From an uncultured Alphaproteobacteria bacterium (lineage in GTDB: Bacteria > Pseudomonadota > Alphaproteobacteria > Acetobacterales > Acetobacteraceae), in the NCBI GenBank assembly GCA_963799825.1, contig CAWCYL010000006.1:214329-278328 (forward strand): DNA of 64,000 nt, read 5' to 3'. Positions within the stretch are counted from its first letter, which is position 1. The number at the start of each line of letters is the position of its first letter. Below the pieces are notes generated by a model. The model did not search any database, had not been told where the DNA came from, and saw only the letters and a program-made list of their open reading frames with translations. The position numbers and the translations under genes were made by a program. Below are positions 46,058 to 56,025 of the stretch, one piece after another.

Positions 46058-46612
46058 ATGCTCCTGCGCCCGCCTCCGATCGTGTCTCTCCTGCTCGCCT
46101 GCGGCTGGCTGGCCGCCTGTGGCGGGGACGCCGCGCCCAAGCTGCCGCAGGGTGCCGGCGGCAACGGCGACTCCGAATACAACACCGACCAGAACCGCGG
46201 CGGCGGCCAGGGCCGGCTGTTCAGCGAGCAGGGGCTGGTGCTCGGCGTCGGCAAGAATGCCGGCGGCGGCAGCAAGGACGAGGGCGCGGCGCTCGGGGTC
46301 AACGCGTATCTGTGGCGCGGCGCGCTCGACACGCTGTCCTTCATGCCGCTCTCCTCGGCGGACCCGTTCGGCGGCGTGATCATCACCGACTGGTACGAGC
46401 CGCCGGCGGCGAACGGCGAGCGCTTCAAGGCGACCGCCTACATCCTGGGCCGCCAGCTCCGCGCCGACGCGATCCGCGTATCCATCTTCCGCCAGGTGCA
46501 GCAGAACGGCCAATGGGTCGACGCGCCGGTGAGTGCCGAGACGGTGGGAGAGATCGAGAACAAGGTGCTCGCCCGCGCCCGCGAGCTGCGGACGCAGACG
46601 GCGGCGAGCTAA
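46058..46612 (+). CDS. DUF3576-family lipoprotein
   Basis: MLLRPPPIVSLLLACGWLAACGG (lipobox) ...NAYLWRGALDTLSFMPLSSADPFGGVIITDWYEPPAANGERFKATAYILGRQLRADAIRVSIFRQ. Confidence 0.85.
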   Translation: MLLRPPPIVSLLLACGWLAACGGDAAPKLPQGAGGNGDSEYNTDQNRGGGQGRLFSEQGLVLGVGKNAGGGSKDEGAALGVNAYLWRGALDTLSFMPLSSADPFGGVIITDWYEPPAANGERFKATAYILGRQLRADAIRVSIFRQVQQNGQWVDAPVSAETVGEIENKVLARARELRTQTAAS

Positions 46613-46745
46613 CCAGCCCGCCGCCTTACTGAGCGCACCCGACTGGGCGCATCGCTCGCTGCACAAGGACGAAGTTGCCGCTCGCTCGCGAGGTGCGGGG
46701 AGCGCGTCGCGCGGTCGGCCTGCGGCCAGCCGCATAAGCCCAAGT

Positions 46746-46782
46746 TCCGCTCCGGCGGAGAGGCTATCTCTGCCGGAGCGGA
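46746..46782 (-). terminator. hairpin immediately downstream of the beta-helix gene (no clear U-tract)
   Basis: TCCGCTCCGGCGGAGA GGCTA TCTCTGCCGGAGCGGA has near-perfect 16-nt arms and starts 7 nt after the stop at 46789. Confidence 0.4.
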
Positions 46783-46788
46783 GGGTAA

Positions 46789-48391
46789 TCAGGCGGCAGG
46801 ATTTACCGGTATCGAGAAATGCACCGTGCCGTTGGAGAAAAGCGACGCAGTATCGGCGTAATGGTGGCCGTCATAGCTGATCGAATTGACGTACAAATTG
46901 CGGTCCGTCTGCGGCGTGCCGCCGTAGGCGTCGTTGATGAACGAGATTGCCACATCGTGCGGGCCGGCGCCGAAAGTTCCGGCGAAGCTGAAATCCTGCC
47001 CCTGGCCGGAACTGTGGGTGGCGGTGACAGCCTGGGCCGCACCCAGTTGCTTGCCGTCCACCGCGACTAGGAACTGCGGAGGACCGCCATAGAGATCGGC
47101 GCCCAAGTTCAGGACGAGCGTGTCGTTGGTGGCGATCGGCGTGGGGGTCGGCGTCGGCGTCGGTGTGGGTGTGGGTGTGGGTGGTGGGGGGGTGCTTGAC
47201 CCGGGAGGCGTGCTTGGCGGGGCGGATGCCCCTTGATACTCGTAAGCTCCGCGGTCGTCCCCAGCCCCAGCTGGGCGAGGATTGCCCGCTACATCGGTCG
47301 GGACCGTGAAGGCGGCAGTCGCGCTGTCGATGGCGGGCGACCCGGCCGCCAATGCAAAGTTCCCCGTCCCAGGAGAGACAAACCCCGGATTCGCCACGAT
47401 GTCGTGGGCGCCTTGGGTACGAACCGTGCCGCCAAAATAGTCGTTATAGTCGTAGGTTACGCCGTTTGAGCCGCCATTCACGACGCCTCCTGGCGAGGAG
47501 ACCATGATGTTGTTTTCGATGCGGACGCCGGTGCTGCCGTTCGCAAGGATCTGGCCCTCTTGCAGACTGGGAGTTCTGATTGTTGTCGTAGGCAGTGTTG
47601 TAAAAGAAGTCGACGTTGTTGCTGGCGATTGCGTGTGCGCCGCTGCCGCCATTGCCATAAGTCAGATTGTTCTCAACCAGGGTCCGGCCATTATAGCCGG
47701 TGGAGTTGTTGCTATCGACGATGATGCCGTTGCCGTCGGTTATGGTGCCGGTGGAAGACCACGGGATGTTCTCCCGATTGTCGAATACGGTGTTGCCCGA
47801 GACGATGGTCTTGTAACCGGTGTTGCCGTCGGTACTCTGCATCCATCCGATGCTGATCCCGCTATCCGCGTTCGAACTCCAGAACGCGTTGCGATACACC
47901 GTGTTGTTGAGGACGGAGATATAGTCTCCATGTCCCGCCCATATCCCCGCTCCTGGCTGATCATGAACGACGTTGTTCTGGACGGTGACGTGGACCGGTG
48001 TGCCATTACTCGCCCAGACCGCGATACCCTTGGTGTTTGTAGGGGCTTGGCCGCTGGAGTTGCCGGTCACTTCAAACCCGCTGATCGTAATATAGGACGC
48101 ACCCTCGTCCACAATGCCAGCGGTGTGACCTGAGGAGTTGATGATGGGATGCTGACCAGGTGCGGCCTGATAGACTATTGGTGCGCCAGCTGTCCCCGAC
48201 GTGCGAATATCCAGCACATCATATGCAGAAGACGGCGCGGTATAGGTGCCGCTCATGACCTGCACTACATCACCTGGCCGCGTGTGATTGGCCGCTGACT
48301 GCAGTGTCGCAAGTGGAGTTGCAGAAGACGTGCCGAGATTGCTGTCGCTTCCTGCGACAGAGCTAACGTAATATGTTGTCAAGGCGGACAT
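46789..48391 (-). CDS. right-handed parallel beta-helix (pectate-lyase-fold) protein with a Pro/Thr linker and a C-terminal beta-sandwich-like module; one frame change near 47570
   Basis: MSALTTYYVSSVAGSDSNLGTSSATPLATLQSAANHTRPGDVVQV... with repeated NN(T/V)V motifs (ORF 47444..48442). It continues as ...IENNIMVSSPGG...DIVANPGFVSPGTGNFALAAGSPAIDS...PPPPTPTPTPTPTPTPTP...FLVAVDGKQLG...NSISYDGHHY (ORF 46789..47658). Confidence 0.75.
47138..47195 (-). repeat. GGYGTS hexanucleotide microsatellite-like run encoding the (TP)n linker
   Basis: GGCGTGGGGGTCGGCGTCGGCGTCGGTGTGGGTGTGGGTGTGGGTGGTGGGGGGG read directly from the sequence. Confidence 0.8.
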
Positions 48392-48908
48392 ATCCTTCAT
48401 AAAATTGCAATTTGCGTCTATAGACCGCTCGTTTTCCGGCAAGCAACTGAGCAGTGCTCATATTTGGACGACAGCGCGATATAGCCCAGAAACTTGCCCG
48501 AGCCACCAATGCATTTAGGCGGCAAATCCTAAAAAAGGGTTAACGGGTTCCTTTCCGGGGATTGGCATTGGCCATCTTTGTAGATCAAGCAGCGATCAAG
48601 GCTCGTCGAGCGCAACACTATCCATGATGCGACATCGAGAGTGCCCCAGTAGATCGCCGCGGCGGAGCGGGTTTGTAGGCCGAGTCGCCCGCTGACCGTC
48701 AACGCTTCATCGGTCGCAGCGTCTTGCTCTCAGGGATTACATCGGCGCCAATCGCCTGAATCGGATCGTTTCGTCTGCGGCGCAATGGGGAATTCGCGTT
48801 GCGCGAGAGATGCCGTGGGATCAAGACTGACACATGAACGGGGCGCGCACGTTCGCCCGACCCATTGGGCTGGGCCATGCGCTCCACGCCCGGAGGAAGG
48901 TTGCCTAG

Positions 48909-49586
48909 ATGAAGTCCCCCTCGCTTGCAGCCGCCGCGCTTCTGCTTGCCGCCCAATTGCCGAGCACCCCGGCCGCAGCCGACGTCATGTTCGCATTGAC
49001 CGCGACCGGGAGCAGCCCGGCGGGCGTGCTCCAGGTTTCGGGCTCCTTGGCGTTGTCCAACGCGGCGTTCGCCAGCGGCGTGACGATCAGTCGGAGGTTC
49101 TTCTTTGGGAGCCAATCGACTCCCCCGGACCTCTCTGGGACTGGTGTTACGGCGATCGACTTCAAGGCGGTCGAGGCGGATGCACCGCCCGACGCATCGC
49201 TCAACGCAACATACACCGACTTCGCCGCGGGGAATCCTGCGGTTGGGCCATTCTGGGCGGTTGACCTGGAAAGCAGCCCAGGCGGGATCCCGACAGGACA
49301 AGTGCTCTTCAACAACACGGCAAGCGATTTCACCTTCGCCTTGGGCAGCCCGGCGAGTTCGGGCTTGTTCAACTCCGACGCCGGCAACCCCGCTTCCTGC
49401 GGGAGAACCGGCGTGTGCCAGTTCGCCGGCACTTGGCGTCAGGTCGTTCCAGAGCCCGCGACGATCGCCTTGCTGGGTTTCGGATTTTTGTCACTGCTCG
49501 GGATTCGGCAGCGAGCACGGGTCCGGATGGCTGAGTCGCCGTCGCGCGCGTTCAGATGCTCAGATCGAGCAGATTATAGTCCTTGA
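48909..49586 (+). CDS. PEP-CTERM sorting-domain protein
   Basis: GGAGGAAGG lies upstream of the ATG. Signal peptide MKSPSLAAAALLLAAQLPSTPAAA. The C-terminal VPEPATIALLGFGFLSLLGIRQRAR is a PEP-CTERM anchor. A 20-aa tail after the basic cluster overlaps the convergent gene and may be read-through. Confidence 0.8.
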   Translation: MKSPSLAAAALLLAAQLPSTPAAADVMFALTATGSSPAGVLQVSGSLALSNAAFASGVTISRRFFFGSQSTPPDLSGTGVTAIDFKAVEADAPPDASLNATYTDFAAGNPAVGPFWAVDLESSPGGIPTGQVLFNNTASDFTFALGSPASSGLFNSDAGNPASCGRTGVCQFAGTWRQVVPEPATIALLGFGFLSLLGIRQRARVRMAESPSRAFRCSDRADYSP

Positions 49587-50721
49587 TCCCGGCCTTGGCC
49601 GCGGCGTCCCAACGGTAGGTCTCGCCCGCAGCGGCGTGCGGCGCATAGAGGAACGGGCTCTCATCCGGGAACCGGCGCCGCCGCGCGTCGATGGCATAGC
49701 CGATGATCCGGGCGCGCTCGCGGATGCGCTCCGCATCGTAGATCGCCGGCGCGCTGTGCAGGCCGCCGCCCCGGACCCCGAGCACCGACCGGCGGCGGTG
49801 GAAGCCGAAATTCACCGTTACTCGCCAATCGGGGCTCGTGTTGGCGAAGGAGCCGTGCACCGCCTGACGGTTCGTGATCGCGACATCGCCCGGCTTGCAG
49901 ATGATCGGCACGGCCTCGGGAAGCCGCTCGGTTCCCGCTGCCGCGGCCATCGCCTTGATGTCGGCCCGGCCGCGCTTGTGGGAGCCGGGGACGACCCAGA
50001 CGCCGTTGGCGGAGGTGCAGCCATAGAGCTGCGCCATGAAGTTGAAGCCGTGCGAGCCCTCGTCCCAATCGGGGCTGTCCCAGTGCGTCACGCCGTCCTG
50101 ATGCCAGGCGACCGAGGCGCCGCGGCCCGGCTCCTTGATGAAGAACGCATCAGTGAACGGCACGAAATCCGCGCCGTTGATCGCCGCCGCCACCGCGAGG
50201 AGCTGAGGATGGCCGTAGACGCGCAAGGCCGCCTCGGAAAACTGCAGCGATCCGAGGATCAGATAGACGACCTCCTGCGGTGCGTCAGCCGCCGCGTTCG
50301 GCTCGAACATCTTTATCGGGTGCCGGCCATTGGCGAGGCTCGTACCGCCGAACGGGTCGCCAAGCGGCTTGGACCAGAACAGCGTCGGCGCGGTGCAGTC
50401 CGACCCGAGCGCCGGGCGGCCCTTGCGGTCGACCGGGGAGTTTCGCTCGGTCGGCAGGCGATCCAGGATGTCGAACAGGTCCGTCTCGATCTCGGCGAGT
50501 TCCTCGGGACCAAGTACGCCCTCGAAGATGTAGAAGCCGCAGCGCCAATAGGCATCGAGAATCTCCGGGTGCACGGTCCCGTCGACGGTGAACCGGATGG
50601 GCCCGCGGTTGCCGAGCTCGTACGCGCGCCGCTCGCCCGCTTGCAGATAGGCCCGCATCGCCGCTTCCTCCGGCCCGTAATCCACTGCGGGTGCTGGCTG
50701 AGGATGATTCATTTCGGACAT
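49552..50721 (-). CDS. phytanoyl-CoA dioxygenase (PhyH)-family Fe(II)/2-oxoglutarate oxygenase
   Basis: Intact 389-aa ORF with ...ASVAWHQDGVTHWDSPDWDEGSHGFNFMAQLYGCTSANGVWVVPGSHKRG...NRQAVHGSFANTS (an HxD...H pattern). Confidence 0.8.
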   Translation of the reverse strand: MSEMNHPQPAPAVDYGPEEAAMRAYLQAGERRAYELGNRGPIRFTVDGTVHPEILDAYWRCGFYIFEGVLGPEELAEIETDLFDILDRLPTERNSPVDRKGRPALGSDCTAPTLFWSKPLGDPFGGTSLANGRHPIKMFEPNAAADAPQEVVYLILGSLQFSEAALRVYGHPQLLAVAAAINGADFVPFTDAFFIKEPGRGASVAWHQDGVTHWDSPDWDEGSHGFNFMAQLYGCTSANGVWVVPGSHKRGRADIKAMAAAAGTERLPEAVPIICKPGDVAITNRQAVHGSFANTSPDWRVTVNFGFHRRRSVLGVRGGGLHSAPAIYDAERIRERARIIGYAIDARRRRFPDESPFLYAPHAAAGETYRWDAAAKAGIKDYNLLDLSI

Positions 50722-50733
50722 GAACGACGCGCC

Positions 50734-52461
50734 TCAGTGATGCTTCTTTTCGTATTCCACCAGCTCGCCCATGAACGGGGCGGCGATGGCGGCGTTGATC
50801 TTGCAATCGAGAAACACCGGCCCCTCCGGCTTGGCGAGCAGCGGCGCCAGCGCGAGCAGGTCGTCCATCGTGCGGATCGTCGCCGCCTGGAAGCCGAACG
50901 CCTCCGCCACAGGCGCGAAATCCACATCGGGAAACACCGACTTCGCCACCGGCAGGTCGCGCATCTTCAGGAAATGCAGCTCGGCGCCATAGGCGCAGTC
51001 GTTCATCAGCACGATCACCAGCGGCAGATCCTCGCGCGCCACGGTCTCGAGCTCGCCCATCGTCATCAGGAAGCCGCCGTCGCCGACGAACAGCACCGTC
51101 GTCGCGTCGGGGCGCCCCTTCGCGAAGCCGAGTGCCGTGCCGAAGCCGAGCCCGATCGAGGCGAAGTCGCTGCTCATCTTGAAATGCCCCGGATCGGGCA
51201 CCGCCACGTAGGGCACGACGCCCAGGAAATTGCCCGCGTCGTACACGAGGTTGCGCTTCTCCGGCAGCAGCTTGTTCAGCGCGACGGCGAGCGCGCGCGG
51301 GTCGACCGTGCGCGGCGTATGCGCCGCCTGGAAGTCGCCCGCGATGTCGAAGGAAGCGAGCATCCGCCGCGTTTCCTCGTCGTGGAACGGCTTGTCGCTC
51401 GCCTTCCGCTCGGGAACCGCTTCGATCAATTGCTCCGCGACCAGCTTCGCATCGCCGACCACCGCGACATCGGCGGTGGTCCAGCGGCCGATATTGCCGC
51501 GCACCGCGTCCACCTGGATCACCGGCACGCCCTGCGGCACGGACATCCCGAAACTCATCGTCAGCAGGTTGAGCCCGGCGCCGAACACCAGCACGCAATC
51601 CGCCTGGTCGATCATCCGCCGCCCCGCCGAATGCGAGAACGAGCCGATGACGCCGAGGTTGTACGGGCTGCCGCGGAACAGATCCTTGCCCTTGAGCGAC
51701 GTCACGAGCAGCGCGCCGATCCGCTCGGCGAGCTGCTCCAGCGCTTGGCGCGCGCCCGCGCGATGCGCGCCGAGGCCGGCGATGATGAGCGGCCGGCGCG
51801 CCCGCTCCAGCACCGCCGCCGCCGCGGCGATGGATTGCGCCCGCGCGGCGGCGGGCGGGCGCGGCGTGCGCAGACGCGCGCGCGGTCCGTCGCCGTCGCG
51901 CAGCGCGACCTCGGCGAGCTGCACGTTGACCGGCAGCAGCAGCATCGCGACCGTGCCGCTCTGCGCCACCGCGACCGCGTCGGCGAGCGCGCTGCGCGCC
52001 GCATTGGCGCTGGTGGCGAGGAAGGTACGCAGCCCGGCGGCGGCCAGCACGGCGGCGGCGTTGAACGCCTTGTAGTCCGGGCCAAGCCCGTTCGGGCTAC
52101 CGCCCGGCGCCGGCGCATCGCCCGAGATGATCAGCACCTGCGAGCCGGTGCGGCTGGCATAGACCGAGGCGTGCAGGCCGTTGGCGGCGGCCGGGCCACG
52201 ACCGATCACCGCGACGCCAAGCCTGCCGGTCGCGGCGGCGTAGCCTTCGGCCATCGCGACCGCCTGGTTCTCGTGTCGCGCGCCGCAAAAGCGCACGCCG
52301 ATCGCATCGAGTGAGGTGACGAACACCGCGGTGTCGTCGCTCATCAGCCCGAACACCGTGTCGATGCCGAGGGACTTGATGTCCTCCGCGAGTATCTGAT
52401 GCACGGGAACACTGCGCGCATCGGTCGCCGTATCGGCTGTGTGCGTGATCGTCGTATCCAC
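50734..52461 (-). CDS. thiamine-pyrophosphate-dependent enzyme (acetolactate synthase / benzoylformate decarboxylase-like)
   Basis: Intact. N-terminal TPP-pyrimidine domain (GIDTVFGLMSDD...ARHENQAVAMAEGYA) and a C-terminal GDGGFLMTMGELETV...LNDCAYG motif. The start is GTG at 52461, preceded by GGAGGG. Confidence 0.85.
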   Translation of the reverse strand: MDTTITHTADTATDARSVPVHQILAEDIKSLGIDTVFGLMSDDTAVFVTSLDAIGVRFCGARHENQAVAMAEGYAAATGRLGVAVIGRGPAAANGLHASVYASRTGSQVLIISGDAPAPGGSPNGLGPDYKAFNAAAVLAAAGLRTFLATSANAARSALADAVAVAQSGTVAMLLLPVNVQLAEVALRDGDGPRARLRTPRPPAAARAQSIAAAAAVLERARRPLIIAGLGAHRAGARQALEQLAERIGALLVTSLKGKDLFRGSPYNLGVIGSFSHSAGRRMIDQADCVLVFGAGLNLLTMSFGMSVPQGVPVIQVDAVRGNIGRWTTADVAVVGDAKLVAEQLIEAVPERKASDKPFHDEETRRMLASFDIAGDFQAAHTPRTVDPRALAVALNKLLPEKRNLVYDAGNFLGVVPYVAVPDPGHFKMSSDFASIGLGFGTALGFAKGRPDATTVLFVGDGGFLMTMGELETVAREDLPLVIVLMNDCAYGAELHFLKMRDLPVAKSVFPDVDFAPVAEAFGFQAATIRTMDDLLALAPLLAKPEGPVFLDCKINAAIAAPFMGELVEYEKKHH

Positions 52462-52599
52462 GTTTCCCTCCGCTTGCTCGCCAGCGTCAAGATCCCTGCC
52501 CAGAGGCAGCGAGTTTGCCGCTTTCCGCCAGTGCACGCCAGCCTGGAGGGAGGCATGGCCTTGTCGCGGTCCCGTTTCGCTCCCCCACAGACCAGAAGT

Positions 52600-53027
52600 T
52601 CAGGGCGAGCGCAACGGCTGCGGATAGAGAACCATCTGGGTGCATCGGAACAACGCAATCGTCTTGCCCATGGTCTCGCCTTTCACCTCGGCGTCCCACA
52701 CCTGGGTCGTTCGGCCACCATGCACCAGGCGTGCGTCGCAGGTCACTGTCCCGTCCCGCGCCGTGCCGATGAAATTCGCTTTTAGTTCGACTGTCGTGAA
52801 GCCTGACGCTCCCTTCGGCAAGGACGATAGGCAGCCGAACCCGCAGGCCGAGTCCGCCAGGGCGACGACCGTGGCGGCATGGAGATAGCCCGTTGGAGCA
52901 AGATGCTGCCTGCCGATCTCGAACCGACCTCTGACAAAGCCGTGCCCCGCATCGATCCAGTCCAACCCAGGAGTCCGGGAAGATATCCGAGCTGCGCCTC
53001 GCGGAAGCTCGCGGCCAACTCACTCAT
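52600..53027 (-). CDS. PaaI-family (hotdog-fold) thioesterase; one frame change near 52970
   Basis: MSELAASFREAQLGYLPGLLG (ORF 52782..53027), then DWIDAGHGFVRGRFEIGRQHLAPTGYLHAATVVALADSACG...TVELKANFIGTARDGTVTCDARLVHGGRTTQVWDAEV. Confidence 0.8.
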
Positions 53028-53060
53028 GTTTCACTCCCACATGATGCTCGACCAATGGCG

Positions 53061-54516
53061 TCAGAGGGTCGGATGGCGACGATGCCAGGAGGTGACACCC
53101 TGGAACGCCGCGGCGGCGCGGATCAATATCGCCTCGCCAAGATCGGCGGCGACGAGCTGGAACGCGATTGGCAGTCCCGCTTCGCTAAATCCGCCAGGCA
53201 GCGTGATGGTTGGGCTGCCCGTCATGTCGAACGGGCAAGTGTATCGCTGCAGCTTGGCGATGAGTTCCGGTTGCTCGCCGAGGGTCCGGATCGTGTCGAG
53301 GGTCAGGGGTACGAACGGATGCACGGGGATGAGCAGCAGGTCGATCCCTGCGAGCAGAGCAGCGACGCGGCCGCGAAAATCCATGCGCCGCAGCAGGATC
53401 CTTTGCAAGTCGGTCCCCGACAATGCACGCCCGGCCTCGAGGACCGAAGCCAGGACGGGACCGTATTCCGCCTTGCGGGCCGGATAGGTCGCCGCATGCG
53501 CGACGGCCGCCTCCACCGCGCAATTGGGGGCCCAATCGGCGACGGCCTGCGTCACGTCGGGAAATCGCACCCCGACGATTTGCGCGCCGAGTGCGCGGAA
53601 CACCTCGATCGCCTCCGATAGTACGGCCTGTGTCGCCGGATCGACGTCGTCGCCGTTCCAGGCGACATCGAGGCCGAGGCGCAAATCCCGCACCCCTTGT
53701 CCGGCGACCGCCGGATAGTCGGGCGCCGGATCGGGAATCGCCGTCGGATCGTTCGGATCGCCGCCGGCGATTGCGGCCAACATCACGGCGGCGTCCGCAG
53801 CGCTGCGCGCCATCGGCCCCACGTGATCCAGCGACGGCGCCAGCCCGAACACCCCGTGGCGGCTGACGCGACCCCAGGTCGGCTTCAGGCCGGTCAGGCC
53901 GTTCGCGGCGGATGGCCAGCGGATCGAGCCGCCAGTGTCGGAGCCGAGGGCGCCGAAGCACAGACCCGCAGCAGTCGCGACGCCAGGGCCGCTGGAGGAG
54001 ATGCCGGGCCAATAGTCGGCGTTCCAAGGGTTCTTCGGCGGCGTCACGGAGGGATGGTGATCGGAATAGGCGCCTTCGGTGAGTTGCAGCTTGCCCAGCA
54101 GCACGGCGCCAGCGGCGTTCAGGCGGCACACCACGGTCCTTGTGGATTGCCATGCCGGCCGCGGTCGGAATGCCCTTTGTCCAGAACAGATCCTTCACCG
54201 CGATCGGCACGCCGTGCAGCGGGCCGCGGAAGCGACCGGCGGCAATCTCCGCCTCCGCCGCCTCGGCTTGCGCCAGGGCGAGGTCCGCCATGACCAGGGC
54301 GTAACTGGCCAGCGCGCCGTCCAGGGCGGCGATGCGATCGAGCTGCGCGAGGGTGATCGACACCGGCGACACGTCGCGCGTCCGGATGAGCGCCGCCAGC
54401 TGCGTGAGTTCGAGATAGTGCAGGTCGTCGGCTCTGGCAGCGGCATCGCGGACAGCGCCGGGTCGAGGGCGGCCCGTCGCTCGTTGCGGCGAGCCGCCCG
54501 ACTGGATCGCCGTCAC
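53061..54516 (-). CDS. amidase (amidase-signature family, GatA-like); one frame change near 54135, start tentative (GTG 54516)
   Basis: GPLHGVPIAVKDLFWTKGIPTAAG (ORF 53185..54600), then LGKLQLTEGAYSDHH...GISSSGPGVATAAGLCFGALGSDTGGSIRWPSAANGLTGLKPTWGRVSRHG (ORF 53061..54134). Confidence 0.85.
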
Positions 54517-54535
54517 GATGCAAGGAGATGCACGC

Positions 54536-55108
54536 ATGGATCCTACGGTCGCGAATGGACCATCCGACGGTGAGGTTTCGCATGCTGAAATCGAGCGCAT
54601 GTCCCGAGCTTGGGACAGGGCGCTCGCGGAGAAGGATATTTCCGGGTTGCTCGACCTTTATGCTCCGGATGCGGTACTCGAAAGCCCACTGATTCCATAC
54701 CTCCTGGGCCAAACAAAGGGCGTGTGTCGAGGCCCGGAGGAGACGCGCCCGTTCTACGAAAGAGTGGCAGAAGAATTGGCGCGCGTATCCAACGAAGCAC
54801 GACCTCTGCATGGCCCGGCCCCCCTCATCCACGGCAACAAGGTCGTGTGGGAGAACCCGCGGATCACGCCCGACGGCCAACGGTCGGAGACCTCATCGTT
54901 TGTCGAGGTCTGGGAGGTCAGCGACGGGCTGATCACGCGTCACCACGCCTATTGGGGGTGGGATCGCATGGCCAAGCGGAGCGCTGCGATGAGTTCCCGC
55001 AGGTCCAAGCATGCCGTCGGCCGAGTCCGATGGCGCTCGTATCTACGAGTTCTGGGACAAGTATGTGCGCGAACGCGACTTGGACGCCCTGATGGCACTC
55101 TACGCTGA
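54536..55108 (+). CDS. SnoaL-like / NTF2-fold protein (paralog 1); 3' end doubtful
   Basis: MDPTVANG...EIERMSRAWDRALAEKDISGLLDLYAPDAVLESPLIP...VEVWEVSDGLITRHHAYWGW. The roughly 45-aa basic tail overlaps the next gene by about 100 nt and is probably out of frame. Confidence 0.65.
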   Translation: MDPTVANGPSDGEVSHAEIERMSRAWDRALAEKDISGLLDLYAPDAVLESPLIPYLLGQTKGVCRGPEETRPFYERVAEELARVSNEARPLHGPAPLIHGNKVVWENPRITPDGQRSETSSFVEVWEVSDGLITRHHAYWGWDRMAKRSAAMSSRRSKHAVGRVRWRSYLRVLGQVCARTRLGRPDGTLR

Positions 55109-55550
55109 CGACGCCACCATCCAGAGCCCGCTGGTTCCGACCTTCTTCGGTCCGGAGAAAGGCATCTTGCGCGGCAAGACGGAGGTGCAACTGCTGCTGG
55201 CAGAAGCCCTCAAGCGTCGGCCGGACGACGACGTGCATTTTTATCGGGACGGTTTTCAGTGGAACGGGAGGACCCTGTTCTGGGAATATCCGGCTGAAAC
55301 GCCCAATGGCCACTACCAGGTAGACCTCGCCGAGGCCATGGACATCGAGGGGCTGGTACGGCGTCGAGAGGATCAAGAAATCTGCCCTCGAGAAGGCGCA
55401 GGAGAGCCAGGCCACCTCCAGCCCGTGACAAGATCTCCTGTGTCGCGCCCCGACATTGGACCGGACGCCCAGATCGAGCCGGGATTGTCAGCCCGCGTAC
55501 AAGCGAGTTCTGTTCCGAACAGAGTGTTTGGCGCGCCATGCGCCTGCTGA
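55011..55550 (+). CDS. SnoaL-like / NTF2-fold protein (paralog 2); 3' end doubtful
   Basis: MPSAESDGARIYEFWDKYVRERDLDALMALYADDATIQSPLVPTFFG...TLFWEYPAETPNGHYQVDLAEAMDIEG. The sequence after about 55345 no longer resembles the fold. Confidence 0.6.
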   Translation: MPSAESDGARIYEFWDKYVRERDLDALMALYADDATIQSPLVPTFFGPEKGILRGKTEVQLLLAEALKRRPDDDVHFYRDGFQWNGRTLFWEYPAETPNGHYQVDLAEAMDIEGLVRRREDQEICPREGAGEPGHLQPVTRSPVSRPDIGPDAQIEPGLSARVQASSVPNRVFGAPCAC

Positions 55551-56025
55551 CCTGGAACCTGCGCCATGGCGGCGGCGTGCGGGTTCCAGCCATTCTAGCG
55601 GGGCTGGCGCAGCTGGCGGCCGATGTGCTGGTCCTGACCGAGTACCGGGCCGGCGAGGCCGGGTCGCGGCTCCGAGCGGGGCTGGAGGCCATGGGGTATC
55701 GATGCGCCGCGCCGGCTGATCTGGGCCACGGCATAACGCCCTCCTGATTGCGGCGCGTGAGCCGGTTGCCTTGCACGGGCCGCTCTGCCTCCTCATGCCG
55801 GAGCCCCATCGGATGTTGGATGCCTCGGGCGGCCCGATCCGGCTCGTCGGCGTCTATCTGCCCAACCTGGCGCGCAAACGTCCCTATTGGGAGCGACTCG
55901 TCGCCGAGGCGCCAGCGCGATGTGCCGTGCCAGCCGTCTTCGTCGGCGACTTCAACACCACGCGTCACCACGTCGACGAGGCGGGCACGCTTTGTGCCGA
56001 GGCGGATTGCATGGAGCGGCTGGAG
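55538..56025 (+). pseudogene. 5' fragment of an endonuclease/exonuclease/phosphatase (EEP)-family gene; frame change near 55735, truncated at about 56025
   Basis: MRLLTWNLRHGGG...VLVLTEYR, then NALLIAAREP...IRLVGVYLPN...VFVGDFNTTRHHVDEAG...CMERLE. The C-terminal third of the fold, including the catalytic His block, is absent. Confidence 0.65.

Noticed and set aside
48699-49301. 200-aa minus-strand ORF overlapping the start of the PEP-CTERM gene.
   Set aside because: It lies antisense to an ORF that has an RBS, a signal peptide and a PEP-CTERM anchor, and it has no recognisable features of its own.
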